Assembly (NCBI GenBank): GCA_963728915.1
Contig: CAVSLV010000003.1
Coordinates: forward strand, 32,001-96,000
Length of the DNA stretch: 64,000 bases
Direction: 5' to 3'
From: an uncultured Gemmatimonadales bacterium
GTDB taxonomy: Bacteria > Gemmatimonadota > Gemmatimonadetes > Gemmatimonadales > GWC2-71-9
Made by a program: the position numbers and the translations under genes. Positions 46,054 through 58,385 of the stretch are shown piece by piece. Every line of letters starts with the position of its first letter. The stretch's first letter is position 1. The notes beneath the pieces were generated by a model that worked only from the letters and a program-made list of their open reading frames with translations, was not told the origin of the DNA and made no database searches.

Positions 46054-47936
46054 TTAGCGGACGCTCCCCGCTCTTGACTCCAGCCAATGGCTGCGAAAGG
46101 CGAGCTGCTCGGCCGAAGGGGTCCGGCCTGCCTCCTCGAACAGCACCGCCTCGAGCGCAGGATTCTCCCGGATCGGCAGAGTCGAGGTGTGCTCGCCACC
46201 GGTATTGGTGAAGGTGACCCGCACGCTCTCGCCTGGATGGTGCGTCGCGATGACCTCCGCGAAATCGGCCGAGCTGCTAATGGGGCGACCGTCCACAGCG
46301 GTGATCACATCGCCCGCATCGAGTCCCGCCTCGTAGATCGGCGTGCCGGCAGGCGACGAGGAGACTCGGGCAGGCTCCGGGCCCTGGCCAGTTCCCTGAT
46401 TCCCCCGGGGCCCCGCCCTCCGCTGCCACCGATCGTTCCACCGACCCAGGGCTGGTCGGGAGATGACTTGCGAAGCAGAATGCCGGCCCGCTCGAGCAGC
46501 GGGCCATAATCGGGGAATTCGTGACCTTCGACGTACCGGCTCCAGAAGTCGGTCGCCCAGGCCGAATCACCAGAGGTGGCGATCAGGACCTGCCGCGCGC
46601 CGGACATCGAATAGGGCACTTCCGGCTTACCGAAGCGGAGCCACAAGCCGCGCATGAAATCGTCGAGGGACTTGCCTCGGGTCCGGAGAGAAAAATCGAG
46701 GGCGACCGCGATGGCGGCCCCATAGGTGTAGTAGGAGATGAACGTATTCGGCGCCACCGGATCCGCCGCCGCCGCGCCATCCCGGAACGGCGCCTGGTTG
46801 CTCATCCCGATGGGCCCGTAGTAGCGACGCCCCGGCAGATTGGCGACCGCGCTCAGGGTGAACCCAAGCCCGCGAACCAGATCGGCCGCAGGCATGAGCC
46901 CGGCTCTCGCCATGAGCAACGGACCGTAGTACTGGGTAAAGCCTTCGGCGATCCATAACCCGTCGGTCATGTTGGCCTTGTCGTAATCCCAGGGCTCGAT
47001 GCCGGTGGGCCGGATCCGTTTCACATTCCAGGAATGGAAGTACTCGTGCGACAGGGTGCCGAGGCGGGCGTTTCCATCTCCTCCCATGCTGGCGCCGGTC
47101 AGGCTGGTGGAATTGCGGTGCTCCATGCCATCGCCCTGGCAATCGCTCCGGTAACACGCGACGAAGGTGTAGGTCCCGTAGTCGAACCGGGGGAATTCGC
47201 CGAACACTCCGACAGCTTCGTGTACGATCTTCTTGGCACCCTCGGCGTAGGCCTCGATCGCCGCGGCCGCGGTCGGATCATCGAGCGCGACCCGCCAGGT
47301 CTGCTTTACCCCGTCATGCTCTTCGGTCCACTCTCTCCACTGGATCTTGCCCAAGTGGGTGGGAGAGTCGAACAGGTACTGCAAACCCGGCGCGGTGAAA
47401 GTTTCGGGATCCCTGGTCGGCACCAGCTGAGTGGCGATGGTCCAGCTGGGATCAAGGCGGTGGAAGCGGACCCGGATTGGCCGGGCTTCCAGGCCTTTGA
47501 CGTAGGCGAAGACGCTCTGGGGATGGATGTGCTCCTGCTCGACATTGAAGCCGGAGTAGGTACCGCTGCCGACATTGCCGTAACTGGTGTAGCTCAGCGT
47601 TACGGTGCCGTTGTGCCCGGTCACCGTCCAGCTGTATGGATCGGGATGGGTAACCCGCAGGGTCTTCCCCGCCCCGTCCATCGCGCGGACGGAATAGATG
47701 TTCTTGGCGTATTCGGTCAGCGCGTAGCGGCCGGTCGAGGAGCGGGCGAACCGGAAGTTGACCGGGCCGGCCGGCAGCACGGTGAAGGTGGCCTTCACAA
47801 AGGCTTCGTGATGGGCCGCGTTCGGGAAGGAGATGTCGTAGACGATCTCGGGGCCCTTGTTGCAGCAGGTGACCGGGCGGAGCTGCGCGGCGAGCGGTGA
47901 GGCCGCCGCCAAGGTCCCCAGGACAAGAAGTCGCAT
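46054..47936 (-). CDS. M61 glycyl aminopeptidase with C-terminal PDZ domain; frameshifted near 46402-46406
   Basis: GDGMEHRNST, HEYFHSWNVKRIRP, WIAEGFTQYY, SYYTYGA; the PDZ part (PAGTPIYEAGLDAGDVITAVDG) continues in the -1 frame. Confidence 0.88.
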
Positions 47937-47979
47937 GTGAGCACCAGATGAGAGACAGGGTTAAGGATAGAATAATCGT

Positions 47980-48025
47980 TTGACTTTCGGTATTTATTCG
48001 GGTAATTTACCGAAATAATACCGAA
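47980..48025 (+). promoter_or_regulatory. sigma70 promoter overlapped by two oppositely oriented TTCG-N7-TTCG boxes
   Basis: TTGACT (47980-85), 17-bp spacer, TAATTT (48003-08); TTCG-GTATTTA-TTCG at 47986-48000; CGAA-ATAATAC-CGAA at 48011-48025; AT-rich island. Confidence 0.7.
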
Positions 48026-48037
48026 GTTGAGCGGCTT

Positions 48038-48193
48038 ATGAGACCAGACCAGCATCACCTCTCTTCCCAACCCAAAACGGCTAACCATTTGGCAGACATC
48101 CACATCCGGGTTTGCCCCGAGTGCGCCGGCCCGCTGGCCAGGTCTGCCGGCTGTATCACCTGCCTCCAGTGCGGCTGGGGACGGTGTGGGTGA
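48038..48193 (+). CDS. 51-aa zinc-ribbon microprotein resembling the NrdJ C-terminal ribbon
   Basis: manual translation ending CPECAGPLARSAGCITCLQCGWGRCG; stop 3 nt before the radical SAM start; below the ORF-track cutoff. Confidence 0.7.
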   Translation: MRPDQHHLSSQPKTANHLADIHIRVCPECAGPLARSAGCITCLQCGWGRCG

Positions 48194-48196
48194 GCA

Positions 48197-49216
48197 ATGG
48201 CGGTCCAAGCTCAACTCGGCCTCCCACTCGAGCCGCCGCCCCGCTCACTCCCCGTGCTCGACGAAAAATCGCGCGGGGCGCGGTTCCGGGAGCTGGCCGC
48301 CCGCCGGGTCCTCAACCCGCCCGCCACGACCGGCATGGGGTTCTGGTCGCTCAATCCCTACGTCGGGTGTGAGTTCGGCTGCTCCTACTGCTACGCGCGG
48401 AAGACCCATGAGTGGGTGATGGACAGGCGGACGGGCGGACCGGCGGATGGGCGGACAGGGGATCTGACACTGTCCGCCGGTCCGCCAGACCGCCCGTCCG
48501 CCTGGGAGGCCTTCGAGCACGAGATCCTGGTCAAGAACACCGCCCCCGACATCCTCCTCCGCACCCTGGATCCCGCCAAGCTCAAGGACGCCGAGCTGGT
48601 CATCGGCACCGCGACCGATCCCTACCAGCCCGCGGAGCGGGAGTTCCGGCTGACCCGCCGGGTGCTGGAAGCGCTGCTCCGCTTCCAGGGCCTTTCGATC
48701 GGGCTCATCACCAAATCCCCGCTGATCACCCGCGACCTCGACGTGCTCACCGCGCTCAGCGAGCGGCACAAGGTCTCGGTCAACATTTCGATCGCCTCGC
48801 TCGACGGCGAGCTGCTCCGCCGGCTCGAGGCCCGAAGCCCCGCGCCCCACGCGCGGATCCGCGCGCTGACCCGGCTCTGCGGCGCGGGCATCTACGCGGG
48901 CATGCTGATCGCGCCGATCCTCCCCGGCATCACCGACGGGTGGGCCCATCTGGCCGCGCTGTTCGAAGCCGCCCGGGAAGCCGGGGCCCGGTACATCCAC
49001 GGTGCTCCGCTCCGGCTCGGTCCCGCGGCGCGAGCCGGATTTCTCCCGGTCCTGGAGCGGGAGTTCCCCGACCTGGTGCATCGGTACCGGCATCGCTTCG
49101 GTTCGCGGGTGCATGCGGGGAAGGATTACGAGCAGGCGCTCCAGCAGCGGCTCGACAACCTCCGGGAAGCCTTCGGCTATCCCGCGCGAGCCACGGCTCG
49201 CGGCCGGCGCCGCTAA
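48197..49216 (+). CDS. radical SAM DNA-repair-associated protein (SplB-like / Rv2578c family)
   Basis: NPYVGCEFGCSYCYAR, GTATDPYQPAE, ITKSPL..RDLD, APILPGITD. Confidence 0.9.
   Translation: MAVQAQLGLPLEPPPRSLPVLDEKSRGARFRELAARRVLNPPATTGMGFWSLNPYVGCEFGCSYCYARKTHEWVMDRRTGGPADGRTGDLTLSAGPPDRPSAWEAFEHEILVKNTAPDILLRTLDPAKLKDAELVIGTATDPYQPAEREFRLTRRVLEALLRFQGLSIGLITKSPLITRDLDVLTALSERHKVSVNISIASLDGELLRRLEARSPAPHARIRALTRLCGAGIYAGMLIAPILPGITDGWAHLAALFEAAREAGARYIHGAPLRLGPAARAGFLPVLEREFPDLVHRYRHRFGSRVHAGKDYEQALQQRLDNLREAFGYPARATARGRRR
48421..48504. repeat. inverted pair of 8-bp arrays (hairpin) in frame in the radical SAM gene
   Basis: (GGCGGACN)n, short spacer, (NGTCCGCC)n. Confidence 0.9.
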
Positions 49217-49230
49217 CGCTCCGATCCTCC

Positions 49231-51477
49231 ATGTCCAGGACGATCTTCTACATCGATCCGCCCGCCTTTTGCGCGACGGTGGAGCGGCTGGTGGCCCCCG
49301 CCCTCCGGAGCCGGCCCATCGCGGTGGCGCCGCCCGGGGCCGACCGGGCCACCGTGCTGGCGCTCTCGGCCGAGGCCCGCTCGGCGGGCGTCGAGCGCGG
49401 CATGCTGGTGCGGCGGGCCCGGAAGCTCTGCCCCGACCTGATCCTGCTCCCTCCTAACCCGCGGCTCTACGCCCGCGCGTCCCGCGCCCTCACCGAAATC
49501 CTCCGGGTCTACGCCCCGGTCATCGAGCCGCGGGGCTACGGGCACGCCTTTCTCGACCTGAGCGGCACCGAGCGGCTCTTCGGACCAGCCGCCGACCTGG
49601 CCGAGCGGATCCGGCGGGAATCCCGGGAGCGGCTCCGGCTCCCCCTCTCGGTCGGAGTTGCGGTGAATAAACTGGTCTCGGAAGCGGCGGTGAGGTCGGT
49701 GAGGTCGGTGAGGTCGGTGGGGTCGGTGGGGTCAGGGAGGTCGGGATCTGACCTCTCTGACCTCTCCGACCTCTCCGACCTCTCCGTCCTCCCTGGCGAC
49801 GAAGCTCAGTTCCTCGCTCCGAATCCTGTCATCGTGCTCCCCGATGTCCCCGACGACATCCGCACCCGGCTCGACGAATACCAGCTCGAAGCAATCGGGC
49901 AGGTGGCCGTGATCGGGGAAAGCGGACTGGCGGCGGTGTTCGGCCGGCGGGGCCGGCTGCTCGCCACCCAGGCTCGCGGCATCGACGCCCGCCCGGTCCT
50001 CTCTCCCGAAGTCAAAGCCGAGTACCGGGTGGCCCATACCCTCGCCACCGACACCAACGATCTCGCCGTGCTGCACGCGGTGCTCCGGCGACTCACCGAG
50101 GGACTGGGCAAGCGGCTTCGCCAGCGCCGGCTCGCGGCCCGCCGGCTCGTCGTCCAGGTCGATTACGCCGACTATGACAGCGCGCGCCGGGGACTCGCGC
50201 TGCCGATCGAGCCGCTCGATCGAGAGCTCCTCGATACGGCCCGGCGCGTCCTCGCCCTGGCGCTCACCCGGCGCATCGCGGTGCGAATGCTCACGGTGAC
50301 GGTGGACCGGCTGGTGGAAGCGAATCCGCAGCTGGAGCTGTTTACAGACGGACCGGCGGACGGGCGGACGGGCGGACAGGGGGAGCGCGACGAGGCGCTG
50401 CAGCGCGCGATGGATGCGATCGGGGCACTGCGAAAGCGTGGACTACCAGGTCAGCACGATCTTGCCGACCCCTCCGTTCGCCTCCATCTCCCGGTGCGCC
50501 GCGGCGACCGACGTCATGGGGAACACCGCGTGGACTACCGGCCGGAGCGTCTGGGGACGCTGCTCCGGATGTCCCGCGCTCCGAAGCGGCTCCTCGAGCG
50601 CGAGGTGGGGGCCGAAGCGGGGCAGCGCTCGGGCCTGGAACTCCGCGATCAGCGCGGCACGCTCGCTCAGCTCCCGGACCCGCATCACGCTCCCGATCAC
50701 GGTGAGCCGGCGGCGGAGGATCGGAGCGAGGTTCGCCTCGGTCGCAACCGATCCCTGGAGGAATCCCAGCAGGATGAGCCGTCCCCTCGGCGCGAGCACC
50801 GCGAGGTTGTCGGCGAAGGCGGGACCGCCCAGCACGTCGAGAATCAGATCCACCGGAGCATCGAGCTGCTCCCGGAACGAGCCCCGGCTGGTGTCGATCC
50901 CGTTGTCGAGGCCGAGCCCGCGCAGGGGCACCAGCTTGCTCGGCGTGCGCGAGGTTCCGATGACGGTCGCACCGGCCTGGTGAGCCAGCTGAATGGCCGC
51001 GGTACCGACGCCGCTGCCCGCTGCGTGCACCAGCACCCGCTCGCCCGACTGGAGGTGCCCCCGCAGCATGAGCGCGTCGTAGGCGGTGAGAAAGGCCTCG
51101 GGAATCGCGGCCGCATCCGACGGCGAGAGGTTGGAGGGCACCGGCAGCACTTCGTCCTCGTGCACCACCACGAATTCGGCGTGGGCCCCGCCCCCCACCA
51201 GCCCCATGACGCGGTCCCCGGTCTGCCAGCGGGTTACGTCGGGTCCCAGCCGCTCGACTTCGCCGGCGTATTCCAGCCCGGGAATGTTCTCGGGCCAGCC
51301 GGGCGGGGCGGGATAGGACCCCTTACGCTGGAGGATGTCGGCCCGGTTGAGCCCGGCCGCCTGGACCCGCACCCGGATCTGGCCGGTGCCGGGATCGGGC
51401 ATAGGAACTTCCTGGAGCGCCAGAACTTCGGTGCCCCCGCTGCCGGTATGCACGATGGCACGCATGATCAACAGTAA
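49231..51477 (+). CDS. imuB: inactive Y-family polymerase (ImuB-like); homology ends near 50450 but the frame stays open to 51477
   Basis: YIDPPAFCATVE and GYGHAFLD replace DMDAF / SIDE; SVGVAVNKLVS; little-finger domain; QLELF clamp-binding-like motif. Confidence 0.8.
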   Translation: MSRTIFYIDPPAFCATVERLVAPALRSRPIAVAPPGADRATVLALSAEARSAGVERGMLVRRARKLCPDLILLPPNPRLYARASRALTEILRVYAPVIEPRGYGHAFLDLSGTERLFGPAADLAERIRRESRERLRLPLSVGVAVNKLVSEAAVRSVRSVRSVGSVGSGRSGSDLSDLSDLSDLSVLPGDEAQFLAPNPVIVLPDVPDDIRTRLDEYQLEAIGQVAVIGESGLAAVFGRRGRLLATQARGIDARPVLSPEVKAEYRVAHTLATDTNDLAVLHAVLRRLTEGLGKRLRQRRLAARRLVVQVDYADYDSARRGLALPIEPLDRELLDTARRVLALALTRRIAVRMLTVTVDRLVEANPQLELFTDGPADGRTGGQGERDEALQRAMDAIGALRKRGLPGQHDLADPSVRLHLPVRRGDRRHGEHRVDYRPERLGTLLRMSRAPKRLLEREVGAEAGQRSGLELRDQRGTLAQLPDPHHAPDHGEPAAEDRSEVRLGRNRSLEESQQDEPSPRREHREVVGEGGTAQHVENQIHRSIELLPERAPAGVDPVVEAEPAQGHQLARRARGSDDGRTGLVSQLNGRGTDAAARCVHQHPLARLEVPPQHERVVGGEKGLGNRGRIRRREVGGHRQHFVLVHHHEFGVGPAPHQPHDAVPGLPAGYVGSQPLDFAGVFQPGNVLGPAGRGGIGPLTLEDVGPVEPGRLDPHPDLAGAGIGHRNFLERQNFGAPAAGMHDGTHDQQ
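49688..49790. repeat. inverted pair of 9-bp arrays in frame in imuB
   Basis: about 6 GGTGAGGTC units then about 4 GACCTCTCC units; encodes VRSVRSVRSVGSVGS...DLSDLSDLSDLS. Confidence 0.92.
50345..50380. repeat. 8-bp array in the imuB C-terminal region
   Basis: ggacc ggcggacg ggcggacg ggcggaca; encodes DGPADGRTGGQ. Confidence 0.85.
50443..51465 (-). CDS. NAD(P)H-quinone oxidoreductase (zeta-crystallin / MDR family)
   Basis: AAGLNRAD..Q..G.YP, PGLEYAG, VHAAGSGVGTAAIQ, GKIVL. Confidence 0.93.
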   Translation of the reverse strand: MRAIVHTGSGGTEVLALQEVPMPDPGTGQIRVRVQAAGLNRADILQRKGSYPAPPGWPENIPGLEYAGEVERLGPDVTRWQTGDRVMGLVGGGAHAEFVVVHEDEVLPVPSNLSPSDAAAIPEAFLTAYDALMLRGHLQSGERVLVHAAGSGVGTAAIQLAHQAGATVIGTSRTPSKLVPLRGLGLDNGIDTSRGSFREQLDAPVDLILDVLGGPAFADNLAVLAPRGRLILLGFLQGSVATEANLAPILRRRLTVIGSVMRVRELSERAALIAEFQARALPRFGPHLALEEPLRSAGHPEQRPQTLRPVVHAVFPMTSVAAAHREMEANGGVGKIVLTW

Positions 51478-51507
51478 TCGGACAGGCCACCCTCACAGGA
51501 GAGATCC

Positions 51508-51887
51508 ATGCTGAAGCAGCTCACCCCCGTGCTGGTCGTCGATGCGGTGGAACCCTGTCTCCCCTTCTGGACCGAACGGCTGGGATTCGCCAAAACGATC
51601 GACGTTCCCGGCCCCGATGGCCGCCTGGTGTTCGCCGCGGTCCAGGGCGATGGCATCGAGATCATGTACCAGACCCGCGCCAGTGTGCTGGAAGAACGGC
51701 CCGATGCGGCCAGGGAGCTGGCCGGCCACTCGATCGTGCTGTTCATCACCACCGACGACCTCGACAGTATCGAAAAGGCGCTGGCCGGCGCCCCGGTGGT
51801 CAAGCCACGCCACCAAACGTTTTACGGCAGCACCGAGATCTACGTGCGGGAGCCGGGCGGGCACGTGGTGGGGTTTGCGCAAATGAA

Positions 51888-51891
<4 letters not shown>
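51508..51891 (+). CDS. VOC / glyoxalase family protein
   Basis: LTPVLVVD..E..L.FW..LGF ... TFYGSTEIYVREPGG.VVGFAQ; CAGGAG RBS. Confidence 0.85.
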
Positions 51892-55040
<3,149 letters not shown>

Positions 55041-55057
<17 letters not shown>

Positions 55058-58000
55058 GGGAGCCGAGCAGGGTCTTCACCGCGGTCTCGAGCTGGATGTC
55101 CTTCCCGGTGTACCACTCGCCGATCGGCCGCTCCACCAGCACGTCCACCGGCCGGGGATGGAGCTCCATGTCTTTCCCCTCGTGATCGGTGATCCGGATG
55201 AACGGCATGCGCATGACGGTGCCGTCGAGCAGGGTCAGGTTCGAGGTGTAGATGATCCATCCCGCGGTCGGCTCGCCCACCACCTTGCCCAGCCCCAGGG
55301 TGCGATACCCCTCGGTGAAGTCTTCCGCATCGGACAGGGAGTGCTGATTGGTGACCAGGACCGTGGGCCGCTCAAGCGCGCGCTGGCCCAGCTGGGCCCG
55401 GGCCGGCGCGGCCACGCCGCCGCGCGGCTGCATGGTGAGATAGGGCCGCCGGGTAAACACGTCAAGCGCGTAGGCGTTCACAAAGCCGCCGTTGTTGTTG
55501 CGGATGTCGATGACCACGCCGTCGCTGGCCTGGTTCCGGGTGTCGAGGTCCACCATGAGCTGGGAGAGGGTGTTCTCGGACATGTCGTAGAGGTGGACAT
55601 AACCGATCCGACCGTTGCTGATCCTGGCGACGTAGGCCCGACGATCCTCGACCCAGGCGCGATAGAGCAGGCCCTTTTCGGTCTGGGTGCTCACCGGCCG
55701 CACCACGACGTCCCGCGCGGCGTCGGTTCCGCTCACCCGCAGGACCACCCGGCGACCCACTTTCCCCCGGAGCATCCCATCCAGATTGGTCGTCGGGGCG
55801 ATGGTGTCCCCGTCCACCGCCACGAGCCGCTCTCCGGTCTTGACCCCGCCGATCGCGCCGGGCCCGAGCGGAATCACCTCCTGGACCACGAGCCGGCCGG
55901 TCTCGAGCGCGGCCGGGTCGAACCGGAGCCCCAGCCGTCCGGTCCCCGGCCCGCCGCCGCCGCCGGGCCCGCTGATCCCCGAGTGGGACGAGTTGAGCTC
56001 CCCGATCATGAAGCCGAGGATCCGGCGCAGCTCATCGGGAGAGGAGGCTCCCCGCACGTACGGCTCGTACTCCGCGCGCACCGCATCCCAATCGGCGCCG
56101 TGATACGCGGGGTCGTAGTAGTTGTCGTGCTGGAGCGACCACGCCTGGCGAAAGACTTCGAGCTTCTCCTCCGCGAAGTCCACGTCCAGCTCCGCGGTGG
56201 CGGCAATGGTGCGGACCTGGCGGTTGTCGAGATTCACCGCCTGCAAGCGCCCCTGCTCCAGGTAGTAGATCTCCTTGTTGTCGGGGGAGAACGCGATCCG
56301 GTTCTTGAATCCGGCCGTCGAGGTCACCTGCCGTGCTACCTGTTCATCATTGGACAGCTCGTCGAGCGGCCAGGTGTAGATGTTGGTGCGCCCCGCCACC
56401 GCGGCGGTGAAGGCGAGCAGCTTCCCGTCGGGGCTGATGATCTCTTCGCCGACGTCCAGACCGACCGGAATCAGGGAAAGCCGTTTTCGCACCTCGGCGA
56501 GCTCGAAGGCGGCATGGGAGGGAGGGGCCGCCCGCTCGGCGCTGTCCCGCGGTGGGGCGGCAGGGGCCGGGTTGGGCGAGGGGGCGGACGGACGAGCCGG
56601 CCTGGTCTCCTCGTTGAAGAGATCCCGAAACCGATCCTCGCGAAATCTCGGGGTGCGTGGCACCAGGTCGATCCGCGCCAGCGTGGTCGCCTCGGTCCGC
56701 TGGTTGGAATCCACCAGCAGCCAATTCCCCTCGGGGTCCCAGGTCACCGCGCCCGCGAACGCGTTGGCGAGAAAGCTCACCTGCACCGGCTCGCCGCCCG
56801 CGGCGGGCACCAGGTACACGTTGGTGAAGCCCTTGTCGGCGGTGTTGAGATAGGCGATCCACTTGCCATCGGGCGACCACGCGACGCTCCGGGGCGAGGT
56901 GAACGGCGCGCGATCGAGCACCCCGCTCGCGAGCAGGCGGTCCCGCTTGGTCGCACGATCGAGCACCCGAAGCTCGCGGCCATCCCGCACGAACGCGACC
57001 TGTTTGCCGTCGGGCGAGTACCTCGGCGTGACGTCATTGAGGGGCTGATCGGTCAGCCGGGTCTCGGCGCCGGAGACGAAGTCGTACTCGAACAGGTTGA
57101 GCGCGCCGTCCCGGGTCGAGGCGTAGACCAGGCGCCGGCTGTCGGGAGACCAGGCCGGCTGGGTTTCCCGGGCGGAGGTGCTGGTGACCCGGGCCGCCAG
57201 GCCGCCGTCCTTGGTTCCCACGGCGAACACCTCGCCCCGGACCACGAAGGCGAGCTTCTTCCCGTCGGGCGAGAGGGCGGCTTCCTGAAACTGGTTCTGC
57301 AGAGTGAGCCGCTCGGTTACCGGCTGGGTCGCGGCGCCCCGCAGGGTGACCGGCACCCGGGCGGCCCGTCCGGTCGCCGTTTCCAGGGTCCAGATCCCGA
57401 AGTCCCGCTCGAAGGCGATCCGTTTTCCGTCGCGGGTTATGCTCGGCCAGAGCACCCGGCCGTCCCGGAAGGTGGTGACCTGCCGGGCCGGCCCCTGCAC
57501 CGGCCGGGTCCAGAGATTCTGGCTCCCGCTCCGGTCGGAGACGAACCACAGGGTTCCCGCATCGCTCCAGAGCGGCCACCCCTCCCGCGCCTTGCCGTCG
57601 GTGAGCGGCTGATACGACGGCGGCGAGCCCGGCTTCACCAGCACCAGCTGACTCTGGTCGAGGTGGCTGCTTCCCTTGCGCCACCACTGCGTCGCGCTGT
57701 TCCCCCGCGCGGTGATGACGATCTCCTTTCCATCGGGTGCCGGGGCGGCCCAGTACTCGCTCGCGTACCGGTCGGCGCTCACCGGGACCGGAGTGCCCCC
57801 AGCGGCGGAAACCTTGTACACGTCGTTCATTCCCGAAATGTCGCGGCTGTTGCTGGAGTAGTAGAGCCACTTGCCATCGGGCGACCAGGCATCGAGCTGC
57901 TCGCTGCCGTCCTCGAAGGTGAGCTGGCGCAGGGCGCCGGTCCCAAGGGTGAGCACCCAGACGTCGACGCTCCCGGCCCGCGTGGAATTAAAGGCCAGCT

Positions 58001-58229
58001 CCTTGCCATCGGGGGAATAGAGCGGGCGGGATTCCACGCCGGGGTGCGCCACCAGGAGGCGGGCCTCCCCTCCCGGGGCCTTCACGGTCCAGATATCTCC
58101 CCCGTTGACGAACGCAATCTCCTCTCCATCGGGAGAGATGCCGGGGGTCGCGAAGGAAGGAATCGCTGTGGGTTCGGAGGCCGCGAACGGCAGCAGCGCG
58201 AGCAGGGAATAGCGGATGAAACGGAACAT
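55041..58229 (-). CDS. tricorn-like S41 peptidase (PD40 propellers, PDZ, catalytic domain)
   Basis: repeated WSPDG blades; GYVHL, IDIRNNNGG, SLSDAEDF, VGEPTAG. Confidence 0.92.
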
Positions 58230-58289
58230 GAATCTCTACCGGCAAGGGAAGGCAGCGACGGAAGGTGCAGCGCCGGGCCCCGCCTGTCC

Positions 58290-58385
58290 AGATGGCGGGT
58301 CGGCGGGTCAGAGGGTCAGACGGACCTCTCCGACCTCACCGACCTCACCGACCCACCGATCTCACCTGACCCTCCGACCAATCTG
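58290..58385. repeat. mixed 8/9-bp arrays with inverted arms at the 3' end of the M8 protease gene
   Basis: gcgggtcg gcgggtca gagggtca, then gacctctcc gacctcacc gacctcacc gaccc, then ctgaccctccgacc. Confidence 0.8.

Noticed and set aside
46395..46415. Programmed -1 ribosomal frameshift in the M61 gene (and in dnaE2)
   Set aside because: No canonical X XXY YYZ slippery heptamer at either site; homopolymer indel error is the simpler explanation.
48197..49216. Radical SAM enzyme as maturase (sactipeptide/ranthipeptide) of the six-Cys peptides
   Set aside because: It is SplB/Rv2578c-like with no evident SPASM or RRE domain, is on the other strand in the repair operon, and the peptides carry Sec-type signals next to a disulfide oxidoreductase.
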